From Halocafeteria seosinensis (taxonomy: Eukaryota), in the NCBI GenBank assembly GCA_001687465.1, contig LVLI01000534.1, positions 1-44,539 on the forward strand: DNA of 44,539 nt. The letters run 5' to 3'. The notes under the pieces were generated by a model. That model did no database searches and was not told where the DNA came from. It worked only from the letters and a program-made list of their open reading frames with translations. Below are positions 1 through 9,330 of this stretch, in pieces. Positions within the stretch are counted from its first letter, which is position 1; every line of letters begins with the position of its first letter. Both the position numbers and the translations under genes were made by a program.

Positions 1-338
1 GGAGCCCCCTCCCGCGTCAGGTGGAGGCTTGTCATTGGTCACAACTGTTGCGTCGGGAACAACACTTCATCCTGCCTGCGCTGCTGCAACCGGTCTTGGC
101 GTTGGCGCCGCTGTGGCAGGCTCAGGGTCTTCTCCTGCCAGCCTGAGCCTTGTCGGTACCTCTGACATTGTGGGCGCAGGCATGGCTCCTCCCCGATGCC
201 TCCTGAGCTTAACCAGTGCTGTGTTCCCTCACGGCGCATGTCAGCAAGGCTCGGGCCCGTCGCTGCTTAACACGGGCGCATACCGCTCCTCGTTAAGAGG
301 ATGTGGTCAACTTCCCGGCCGGTGGGCTATCTGTCACA
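1..338 (-). mobile_element. GC-rich fragment, possibly the end of an LTR retroelement
   Basis: Sharp switch from GC-rich to AT-rich sequence at ~340. The segment ends in ...CTGTCACA (TGTGACAG on minus), resembling an LTR TG...CA terminus. The minus strand has a Pro/Ala-rich frame with an internal stop. No diagnostic domain. Confidence 0.2.
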
Positions 339-352
339 TTTGTGTGTGTGTA

Positions 353-520
353 TTGATAAAAAATGGCTTATTTGGCTGAATTTTCAGGTGGTCGAATGTT
401 TTCAAACCAACCTATAAGAATAGGCTAATTTGGCTGAATTTTCAGGGTATAAAATTGGTTAGATGAATTGATAAAAGTTGGCTAATTTGGCTGAATTTTC
501 AGGGTATAAAATTGGTTAGA
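353..520. repeat. Three imperfect ~57-58 bp tandem repeats
   Basis: Core GGCT(T/A)ATTTGGCTGAATTTTCAGG starts at 365, 423 and 480. Copies 2 and 3 share 41 identical nt (423-463 and 480-520). TTGATAAAA recurs at 353 and 468. Confidence 0.9.
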
Positions 521-602
521 CAGAAAAGTAAAATATCGCTATACGATAGGCATTTTCGACCAAAATGGAAGACCGTTTCTAGTTAAAATATTTCATATGA
601 AC

Positions 603-1058
603 TTATTTTGAAACTCGTTTCTCCGCATAATTTATTAGACTCTCGTAAGGAAAATCTAAATCCCAAGGTTCTAGTTCATCAGTATGAGTTTCACGAATTC
701 GTTCCAGTTCAGTATCAATCCAATAACCAATTTTTTCTTCACAGGATAATTGTGGAAATACACTATACCATAGTTCTTCTATTTCGTCTTCACCATTCAT
801 TTTGTAACAGAATTCCATATCATCAGGCATCGTATTATACTCTATAATATGTTTTATCCCTATCGCAAAATTACAATCATCTTCTAAATTGGCTTCGACA
901 TATTCATGTAAATGTTGATTTGTAATGTTTTTAACCTTACAGCGGTAAGAGCAACGGTATGTTTGACTCTTACAAGCATCGCTAACGGGGTGTCCGCAGG
1001 GATAGGTTGTTGTTGTCTCATCGTAGCAAATTCCACATCGTTCTGTTTCGGTGTTCAT
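603..1058 (-). CDS. Small RING-finger-like protein with acidic C-terminus (element accessory gene)
   Basis: CGIC-x9-CGH-PVS-DAC-x6-CSYRC resembles C3HC4 with the fifth ligand replaced by Ser. Intronless and AT-rich like the flanking integrase. Confidence 0.6.
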   Translation of the reverse strand: MNTETERCGICYDETTTTYPCGHPVSDACKSQTYRCSYRCKVKNITNQHLHEYVEANLEDDCNFAIGIKHIIEYNTMPDDMEFCYKMNGEDEIEELWYSVFPQLSCEEKIGYWIDTELERIRETHTDELEPWDLDFPYESLINYAEKRVSK

Positions 1059-1125
1059 CTTTTTTCCTATAATAGTACTACCGATATTTTTTCTAAGTGG
1101 TTTTCTGCGGAAACCTTGATGGAAC

Positions 1126-2087
1126 TTACTTTTTTTGAAAATCCTGAAGACTTGATTCAGGAATCCATTCAGGTATCAAATCTACGACGAAGATGTGACT
1201 GATGGTCAAATCTTCATATCCGAGCCAAACCACTTGAATTTCCTTCTTACCATTACGGGTGCGTCGTTTTAACACTTCTTTTACTAAGAAAAAGTCCATG
1301 GTTGTTTTCTGTAATTCCTCGGCGTAAAATAATCCGATTACCGTTCCATCAACAATGTCATCCACCTTATAGGTGATTGGATTTGTGTTCAAAACCTCTG
1401 ACACGCTGAAAACAGGTTTCTTCCCATTGTTGACTTGCTTTTCAAAGACACCTCTCACACGTGACAGTCGAACCGTATCACCTACTTCAAATTTTGCTTT
1501 ATCTTTAAAATCCTTACCACCAACAAACGGTTTACTTGCGGGAATGGCTTCACCATTAAAGATATCATCAGGCTTTTGTTTTGTTGTGCTATGTATCTAT
1601 GAATTGAATTGTATTCATCAACTAAACGAGGAAGAGCATTCACCCAATTTTCATCATCATTATCCATCCATAATTTCATTGTCCGATTGTATCGCTCAGC
1701 GATCACTGATTTATTTTCTGAAAATGTTGAATACTGTTCCATTCCATGCTGTTTCAGAAACTCTTTCATCGGTTTTCCAACAAATTCTTTCCCCAAGTCT
1801 GTCCACAGATAACTTGGATTCTCAGGCAATTCTTTAAACAGTTCTTTAAATTTCCTAACAACAGTGGTTGTCTTTTTATTTTTCAAGGGGAATCCCCACG
1901 CTTTTCGTGAATAGAGTTCGATAACCGACAAAATATAGCGAAATCTATCAAGTACTTCCATTTCCACAAGATCCGCAGTCAGAATATTCAGAAAGCCACC
2001 GCTTACAACACGACGACGAGGAAATTTTCGAGTCACTTTACGATTGATCTCTTGACGAAATTGTTTTGTCAAGGTTTTATCGCTCAT
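1126..2087 (-). pseudogene. Polinton-type rve (c-int) integrase with C-terminal chromodomain, frameshifted
   Basis: DDE motifs TADLVEM, WTDLGKEF and IAERYNRTMK. Frameshift near 1600 at a CAATTCAATTC duplication. The other frame continues HSTTKQKP...FEVGDTVRLS...PITYKV...FYAEELQK, then the chromodomain FLVKEVLKRR...VVWLGY...EWIPESSL. Confidence 0.9.
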
Positions 2088-2099
2088 CCATAATATTAG

Positions 2100-2975
2100 T
2101 TAGGGAATATCTTTATGTCCCCACGCGAGTGTACTGATTCCATCATTTCAAACGAATCGTTTATTGTCCAATATCGTCATTCCAGTTTTTGACGACTGTT
2201 CGGTATAAATGGTATGGTGGAATGTACGGAATGACTGATAATCAACTTTATGATGCTTATCTTCTTGTGCCTCTTTATCAATGCTATCGTTGATCATTTT
2301 TACAACATGTTCATGACTACACTCCTTCTTTAGAATTTGCAAGGGTACACCTTTATCTTTTAAGACAGACGCACCCGAAGCAGTTATGTACGAATACTCT
2401 TTAGGGGCACGACCACAGAATTCAATGATGGGATCTTTGGCTTGTTCATCTTTGAACGCACCTAGTTTCTTGGTATTTCCCGTCAATTGCTGAGAGTAGA
2501 TGTAATCGCTCTTGTTATAGGCAGAGAAGTCATAGTGTTCTCGATCTTCAATCATATCTGCGTAGACATCTTCCGTTTCGATCAAGCACGCCAACGAATC
2601 AGTATCGGTAAACAGCAATTTGGCTTTGTCACCATATCGTTTTCGAATCACATTGTAGTGATGATCAATCATATTGTACTTGGACGCAAATCCAAGATGC
2701 TAGTTCCAAGAAAAATTGGTTTGCTGAATGTACTCGAAGTCTTGGAATAATCTACCGCTAACAAATCATCACCAATCGCATTCCATGATTTACAACGAAA
2801 TGAGTTAATGTACTTGGAAGCACGTTCTTCATCGGTACAGATCTTAATGTTGCTGTATTTTCTGGCATCCTCAACGGTTTTCCCAAACAAGGCGTTCATA
2901 CACAATTTAAAGTAATTTTTCTCGAACTCATTTTTGGAATTCTTACGTCATTCTGCCATATGGTCTACATACTTG
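2100..2975 (-). pseudogene. Protein-primed family B DNA polymerase, C-terminal half (motifs B and C), disrupted
   Basis: KNEFEKNYFKLCMNALFGKT (motif B), FTDTDS (motif C), LGAFKDE, KEYSY, DNKRF, then STLAWGH. In-frame TGA at ~2948 and 2148, a 2-nt insertion near 2685, and 5' truncation near 2975. Confidence 0.92.
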
Positions 2976-3167
2976 ACGCAAAAACTCATTTAGTTCTAAG
3001 TCGTACTCTACGTTTTCTTCACTCATTCTATAAACTGATATGCAAAAGTTTTCGATTGTTCAATTTGTTTCAATCCTTTCAGTTCGTTTCATGAAAATTT
3101 CAATTTGATTTCGGAAATGATTCAATGTACTTCAATTTCCGAAAATGAACTCCTATACTATAGAGTG

Positions 3168-3400
3168 ATGCCTCCCAATCGGAAGAAGAAAGGAACTACA
3201 CAACATAAGCAAAAAATGGACTTGAAACAGAGTAAAGACTATCAACGCATTCGAGAAAATGTACGATTTCAGCAAGAATTTGACATAATTTGGGGTGATA
3301 AACATGGAACCGACATTAATATTCCCGAATCCTACATAAAAAAAATGTTTGCCGTCTACGAAAAGAATAGGGAAGCAGAAGAAAATAAAACTGAGACTAC
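3168..3400 (+). pseudogene. 5' part of an AT-rich Lys/Glu-rich hypothetical ORF, probably from the Polinton-like element, truncated
   Basis: MPPNRKKKG... in AT-rich sequence. Composition changes near 3400, where the frame runs into the antisense of the ATPase gene. Confidence 0.4.
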
Positions 3401-3410
3401 AGGTATGCGT

Positions 3411-4760
3411 TTACACGGGAGAGATCTCCATGCTTTCCCTCGTAGGGATAGAATGTTCCCCGTTGCGCACATTGTTTGCTTCCGCCTCACAAATCCGCTC
3501 AAAGTCAGGGTACGGCTCTCCAAGGAAGCGCTCCAGCATTCTGTTCTCAACGTATACAGTCTCAAATAGGTAGCACCCACGAGGATCCTGAGTCAGGATG
3601 TTACCGGCATTAAGAAAACTCCGTAAGAGGTCAGTATCACAGCCAGCACGAGTTAAAACACGTTCCAACTCGTCGTTCCGTAAACACTTTTCTGGACTCA
3701 CTGTACCGTTCCGGATACCGCGCGTATGGTCAGACAACTCCACCAAGACGGCATCGAAACATGCTTTCTTGGCTGCATCTCCAAGTGACGCCCGTGCTTC
3801 TGCGTAGGCAGTTTCCACAACTTTTCGCAGTTCGACGTTACGGAGGGATACTATGTCCGCTTTCGTCACCTCTTTTCCAGAGTTGGCGTTTGGGACAATG
3901 GTGTGCAGATCACCCGGCTTTTCCCCAACGACGTGCCAAATCCAGCAAGCCACTGGATTTTCGATACCCTTCACTTTGCCGAGATACTCATATGCTTCTT
4001 CGCGAGAAACAGCCCCGAATATAACCTTTTCCGCTCTGATCAGATCGGATACACGTTGGAGTTTTGACATTCCTTCTCCTGGGGAGGAGACGAGAACCGT
4101 CTTCCATGATCTCTCGTTTTTGCCGAGCCCACCCAACGTGACCCATCGATACACATCATCCGCCGAAGCCGTATTGATGTCATCAATAACAAGCAATGGT
4201 GCTGTCTTACTCGCATCGTATTCATTCCTCAGTGCCCGCTGGAGATACGGGACTGTCTTCGCGGAGAATCGCGAGTCCTCTTGCAATTCTACATAGGTTT
4301 TGAAGCACTTCAAGAAGGGAGTGAACGTATCATCATCTTTGTAAGCCAGATACAACACCGGTTTCCCGGACAGCGAGGTGCGATTTACCAGCATCTTTGC
4401 CTCCGTTGTTTTCCCCACCTGTTTGGGCCCATACCAAATCTGAAAAAATGCTTCATCCAAGGAAGGATAAACATTCGACCGATTGATATAATAGTTTCCA
4501 GCAAATTTTTTCGGTGTGGGATGTTGCATCAAGTAGCGTAATTGGTCTTCGGGTAAGGGACGAGCGTACCAAAAAAAGGTAACAGCTTGCTGTGGCATAA
4601 ATTGTTGTGTGGTGTCTTGCCAGTCAGGTGCGAAGAACCAGTTTGCCAGGAGAACCACTAACATAAGACCCACGATGGTAATAAACCACACGGTCGCCTT
4701 CCCCAAAGTCTCCTTGAGGGTATTCCAATACACATCTTCCTCAGCTGCACGTGGTGGCAT
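3411..4760 (-). CDS. Membrane-anchored P-loop NTPase, STAND/archaeal-ATPase-like (449 aa, intronless)
   Basis: N-terminal hydrophobic helix VWFITIVGLMLVVLLANWFF, YINR before Walker A YGPKQVGKTT, Walker B LLVIDDIN, sensor strand VLVSS, EEAYEYL helix and GxP-like VVGEKPGDL. Uninterrupted ORF. Confidence 0.75.
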   Translation of the reverse strand: MPPRAAEEDVYWNTLKETLGKATVWFITIVGLMLVVLLANWFFAPDWQDTTQQFMPQQAVTFFWYARPLPEDQLRYLMQHPTPKKFAGNYYINRSNVYPSLDEAFFQIWYGPKQVGKTTEAKMLVNRTSLSGKPVLYLAYKDDDTFTPFLKCFKTYVELQEDSRFSAKTVPYLQRALRNEYDASKTAPLLVIDDINTASADDVYRWVTLGGLGKNERSWKTVLVSSPGEGMSKLQRVSDLIRAEKVIFGAVSREEAYEYLGKVKGIENPVACWIWHVVGEKPGDLHTIVPNANSGKEVTKADIVSLRNVELRKVVETAYAEARASLGDAAKKACFDAVLVELSDHTRGIRNGTVSPEKCLRNDELERVLTRAGCDTDLLRSFLNAGNILTQDPRGCYLFETVYVENRMLERFLGEPYPDFERICEAEANNVRNGEHSIPTRESMEISPV

Positions 4761-4932
4761 GATTGCTAGGGTGAGGCAATAATAGCGTGCGTTTCTTCAA
4801 GGTCCAATTTCAGCAACGCAGTAAATTCCAGATATGCTTTGAAACCGGCAGCTAGAAGTCGTCTAGCGCTGCTATGCTAGAAGCCTTGTGAGGAGTCCGG
4901 GACCGATTTTCCCCTTGGTCGTAAACTGTCAG

Positions 4933-5023
4933 GTACAAAACCGTACAATTGTACCTGTTGTACCTTTCTGTACTGGGTACAGGTACAAGCCGGGTAGGTA
5001 ACAAGCCAGGTACGGTCGGGTAC
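4933..5023. repeat. Cluster of nine GTAC motifs, probable hAT subterminal transposase-binding repeats
   Basis: GTAC at 4933, 4943, 4951, 4960, 4970, 4977, 4983, 5010 and 5020, about 270 bp upstream of a BED-finger transposase start. Confidence 0.65.
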
Positions 5024-5287
5024 AATCAGCTATTTTACATGTTCATTATTTTCGGATTGCAATGATCTCGCACATTTCACTGCTTCTCAACAGAACGTGT
5101 GATACTATTTTTACTTTCCTCTGGTAAGTATGGATGGTGTGGATGCATGGATTATAAGGGAGCTGGGAATTTTGGGTGAGCTACAAGGAGCGTCTACGAC
5201 TTATGCAGCAATTTTGTGTCCATTTCATTCATCGCAGGGTATACATTGTTCTCATCCTCATACATTCCGTAGGAATCAGTCGACACA

Positions 5288-5918
5288 ATGGCGTATAAAA
5301 GCGTGAAATCTGATATACATGTATGGCGCCATTTTTCCCCCAGCACCGAGAGGGAAGCCAACTCGCGGCGTTTTCTATACGCACATTGCCTGCATTGCGG
5401 TGAGAAAATCCAACCAGCTAAAACGGAGAGTACTGAACTTTGCCGGTATGTAGACGGAAAAACTTCCCGAACGTGTGGAAGAAACGATCACAAATCGGCG
5501 ATTCTTCGACGACATACAAACTGTGTTGTCTGTGTGCGCTCCTATTGCAGAATCTATAGGTCGATTAGAACAAAGGAAGTCGACCTTGGCGGACTGTTTA
5601 ATCGAAATATTGCGGATTTTTTATCGGTTACAAAGGAAGCAGAAAACCCTTGATCAGGACTTTTTATCCCATGTCAAAAAGGTTGTAAATTTACGGTACA
5701 ACCAATACGTTACGGGCTATCACGTGCTCGCATTGTATTTGCATCCCTCCGGCAAGGATCTGTTCCACAGCAGTTCCGTTAAAAACAGCAATGGTATTCT
5801 GTCTACATTGATTCCTACTATGAAGAAGTGAAGGTACACAGAAGATCGCGCCACGAAGGTGGTTGAGCAATTGCAAGAGTACGAAAAAGAGCTCTCCAAC
5901 TTTAGCTCGTCTGCTCAG
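5288..5918 (+). pseudogene. hAT-superfamily transposase remnant with large internal deletion
   Basis: BED-finger start VWRHF...AHCLHC is cut near 5430 and joined out of frame to the later core FFDDIQTVLSVCAPIAESIGRLEQRKSTLAD...HVLALYLHP. In-frame TGA at 5829. Truncated before the dimerisation domain. Confidence 0.8.
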
Positions 5919-6620
5919 TTTCAATGATAGTGGTTTAGACCCCGCCTATTTTAATGGTGCCCCCTCCTATACTTGGTCAGCATCACAAAAATTTATGAAC
6001 GATAATAATGAAGAGCCTATTGAATTGATTCAAGATTATGAAAAGTTGTTATTTGTTTCTGAACAATGTAGAGGCGGATTAAGTCAAATAAGTCACCGAT
6101 TCGCAAAAGCTAATAATAAATATTGTCCAGATTATGACGAAACTAAACCAAAAAGTCATTTGATATACATTGATGCTAATAGTTTATATCCAACAACTTT
6201 AAGTGAATTTCCTTTACCACATTCTAAATTTGAATGGGCTGATTTTAATGAATATACACTTGAAAAACTTCTTTCTATGGATAAATACGGCTCTGAGGGT
6301 TGTATTGTTAAATGTGATTTAGAATATCCCGAAGAACTTCATGACTATTTTAACGAGTATCCACCCGCAGTTGATAATGATGTGGGCAAATTTTCACCAT
6401 TAATGAACCAAGTAGCTGAAACAATAGGTTATAAAATGCCAAATACATGTAATAAAAAACTTATTGCTTCATTAAATGATAAAAGAGGTTATGTACTTGA
6501 TTACCGATGTTTACAGTTATATGTTTCTCTAGGGGTTAAAGCAAGTAGTATTACCAAAGTTTTGAAGTTCAAACATTCATATAGTCTTAAAGGGTATGTG
6601 GAAGCTTGCGAAAAACAACA
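5919..6620 (+). pseudogene. Second protein-primed PolB fragment (motif A region), Polinton-type
   Basis: GLDPAYF..PSYTW, CRGGLSQISHRFAKANNKY, LIYIDANSLYP (motif A), CDLEYPEELHDYFNEYP, KKLIASL, VLKFKHS..LKGYV. Very AT-rich with abrupt boundaries on both sides. Confidence 0.92.
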
Positions 6621-6945
6621 GCTCATCTCCTCTCTCGGGGTTACGCTGGTCAAATGCCAGTGCAAAATGGTGGACTCCTTTTGCGGCTCATTTCACGACT
6701 TCACTACCCAGATAGAGGGCCTCAACAATCCTGCGACAACGGGGGACATCAACGCCAACGTGGCGCAAGCAGCGCCTGCCCCAGCTTCAACATCCAACTG
6801 TTATCCCGCTGAACCCCAGCCAGACTAGCGGCCAGGCTGCTCTGGCTTACCAACCCCGCAGCCACCCTTGGAATCACAATCCTCAGTGGTGGAACCTGTA
6901 CCCTCGGAGCTGGGACTGATGTGTGCAGCTGACCTTCCACCAGTC
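6621..6945 (+). other. GC-rich Pro/Ala-rich fragment of unknown origin, probably TE-derived
   Basis: Abrupt GC increase straight after the PolB fragment. Low-complexity frame with a stop at 6826. Composition resembles 1-338. Confidence 0.25.
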
Positions 6946-7181
6946 ATAAACGAAACGGATGTCTTCGAAGGGCGAGTCAAATTATTTTACCCTTGCGGCA
7001 AGTTGAAGTAAATTGTACATGCGCCATTACGGACTAACTAGATGAGTACATGACGAGTTGTTACCACATTCCCGAAACTTCGTTTATACCATACTGTATC
7101 TGTTTGGTGAATCATCCTGGGTGTTAACAGAGATCCCTGAAAGCGCCTTACAGGGTGATCGAGCCGTGGAAATATAAAACA

Positions 7182-7546
7182 ATGATTGAGGTGGTGGTGA
7201 ATGACAGGTTGGGCAAGAAAGTAAGGGTAAAATGCAACCCTGAAGACACAGTGGGAGACCTAAAGAAGCTGATTGCTGCCCAAATAGGTACGCACAGGGA
7301 TTGATATGCTCTAAGAAAGAGAATCGAAGCGATATCCACCTTCTTTTTGCAGGAACGCGCCCGGAAAAAATTCGATTACAGAAAAACTATACCATATACA
7401 AAGACCATATCACCTTGGATGATTGTAAGTTATTGAAAATGCGAATATATGCAACTAACACTTGTGTACATCTCTTAGCAAATGCATCCGACACTGCTGC
7501 AGATGAAATCAACGACGGAATGGGTTTGGAGATGTACTACAACTAA
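7182..7546 (+). CDS. UBL5: Ubiquitin-like protein 5 / Hub1 (exons 7182-7287, 7353-7424, 7503-7546)
   Basis: Spliced product [73 protein letters not shown] with the C-terminal di-tyrosine. GT-AG introns. Confidence 0.97.
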
Positions 7547-7683
7547 TCTAGCTAGTCATTTTTTAAAGTAGAAAGCAGTCCACAGCGGCATATACCTTCG
7601 AGATTGTATTACAGAGGGTGAAAACTGGGATGAGTTATTCGCTGAAGAAGCCGACGTATCGTACATAGCAGTAGTGCAGTCGT

Positions 7684-8632
7684 TTACCCGTGAACCTCCG
7701 TTGCGGCGTAATGCCTTAAAACCATGGCCACAAAATACTGATGCCATCCGTAATTTTCCGTCAATTCGGGATGAAAAGCTGTAAAGAGACGGGAAAAGGC
7801 ATGCTGGCAGCCTACATTGACTTCCATCCCATCGCTGTCTACTACCGAGGCAAAAATTTCACATTGGCTTCCAGTCTTACTAATAATAGGAGCGCGTATG
7901 AACACTCCTGTGGAAGATGATAATTTCTGTGTTATCAAGTTCTCCGTGTCTCGAGTAGTACCTCGTCCATAAACTGGTAGCGACCGCTCAGCGATTGAGT
8001 TCCCTTTTTCTAACGGGCCTATTGCCCATGAACATTTATCGGCGAATTCTAGAGTCTCCTTCACACACTCTACTTTTGTATCCACCTTGATTGTTTTCTC
8101 AGCCGATGCAATTTGTCTACCAAAGTAGTTTCTCGTTACCGTCAGATCCACCACATCCAATGTCTCTTGACCCTGAGAACAGCGGAGAAGAAATGACAGA
8201 AGTTAACAAAAATTGAAATCAAGGGAGAGCTCATACTTGTACCGGATTCGTGAGTTGATGTGCACAGAGGATTAGCCCAGCACAAGTCCCCCACACAGGT
8301 TTTCCGGAATCCATAAAATCTTTCAATGGTTCCCACTGCACAAGTTGGTTATGTGAAACGTGCGGGATACCGGCAAACCTAGACACAAGCATATAACGTA
8401 CCATATCTACATTCTTTGCAACAAGTGCCATCGTCGTACTCTCACCTCCAGGTATCACCAGCGCATCACATGCTTTCAGTGTCCTCTCATTCTTAACTGG
8501 GAATGACTCAATCTGAACCGACTCATCCTTGCAGGGATCCTGGCATTTAATGCTACGGAATCTGGATACATGTTCCTGCACTGCGCCTTGAAGAGCCAAT
8601 ACACCTATTCGAAGTGTATGCACTGAATGCAT
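7684..8632 (-). CDS. PDX2: PLP synthase glutaminase subunit (introns 8336-8401, 8173-8236)
   Basis: IGVLALQGA, IPGGESTT, WGTCAGLI (catalytic Cys), RNYFGRQ, VFIRAP, FHPEL (His/Glu of the triad). Confidence 0.95.
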
Positions 8633-9330
8633 TCTTCTTTCTACCGTCCTATAGAGTCCCAAACTTCTGATGTCAGTATGTGTGCTGTGTCGCGTGTCTG
8701 TGAAGATGCGCCCCTACTTCTCGGCTATTTTCCAACTCATCGACTCTTTACCGTTTTCCTGTACACACCATATTCTTCACTATATCCATAACAGTTTTAC
8801 ATCTGACAATCGCAATGCGCACGTCGATCTAGTGGGGGAAGTGGTGCTCTCACTTCCAGCGGAGCGATTGAGTCACTCCACGCTTCAAGGACGGCAGAAC
8901 AGCGGCATTTTCACTGTTGCAATATCGCCTAGTTTTGTAATCTATCGTTGCCCGTGATCTACACATTGATCCACCCGTAGGTAACACACCAAGGTATACT
9001 TGGGATTATACATTTTCAGCATTAAGGTAAGCAAGTTGTCGGTGTGCGTTCTGCAAGTGGAAAACTAAGAACGCCCGCATATTAGAAGCACGCGATGAGG
9101 GCAAAACTAGGATGCTCAGTCACTGAACCAGGGACATAAAAAGGATAATATTATGCGTGCCGCTCCTCTTACTAGATCGACTGGTGTTGTTAGGTGGAGG
9201 GATCCAACGTGGTAGATGTTCACTGACGTCACGGGTGTTCCCAGGTTTGCTTACAAAGAATGATTGACGTACAATGCAGGACTCTTTGCAGACTGTGGTC
9301 AACGGGGAAAACATCCAAAACCAAAGAAAA
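8633..9330. promoter_or_regulatory. Shared divergent promoter region of PDX2 and PDX1
   Basis: ~700 bp between head-to-head start codons. Contains a TGACGTCA palindrome at 9224-9231. Confidence 0.55.

Larger units (their letters stand above)
341..3400 (-). mobile_element. Degenerate Polinton/Maverick-like element (endogenous DNA virus-like remnant)
   Basis: AT-rich, intronless, tightly packed minus-strand genes: pPolB ends at 2100, the integrase ATG is at 2087, then a RING ORF. An adjacent pPolB plus rve-chromodomain integrase is characteristic of Polintons/Mavericks. Tandem repeats lie at the left edge. Confidence 0.85.

Noticed and set aside
365..520. CRISPR-like array (24-nt repeat with 33-34-nt spacers)
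   Set aside because: Only three units, spacers 2 and 3 share 17 nt, no cas genes, eukaryotic context. It is a degenerate tandem repeat.
1590..1615. Programmed frameshift in the integrase
   Set aside because: The shift coincides with a 5-nt duplication and an adjacent stop, with no slippery heptamer, so it looks like a mutation.
3411..4760. Polinton packaging (A32/FtsK-like) ATPase
   Set aside because: It has a TM anchor, STAND-type motif order, greater length and higher GC than the Polinton genes, and no A32-type signature was seen.
2148..5831. TGA recoding suggested by in-frame TGA codons in PolB and hAT
   Set aside because: The same genes have frameshifts and deletions, and host genes (SAE1, PAQR, SET, FUSC) end in TGA. 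Decay explains it.
5863..6828. 321-aa ORF as a real fusion protein
   Set aside because: A chance in-frame join of off-frame hAT sequence, a PolB fragment and a GC-rich piece. It starts at TTG and lacks motifs B and C.
8633..9330. TPP riboswitch or snoRNA between PDX2 and PDX1
   Set aside because: No TPP aptamer core in the right arrangement and no convincing C/D box pair with a terminal stem on either strand by eye. An Rfam scan would settle it.
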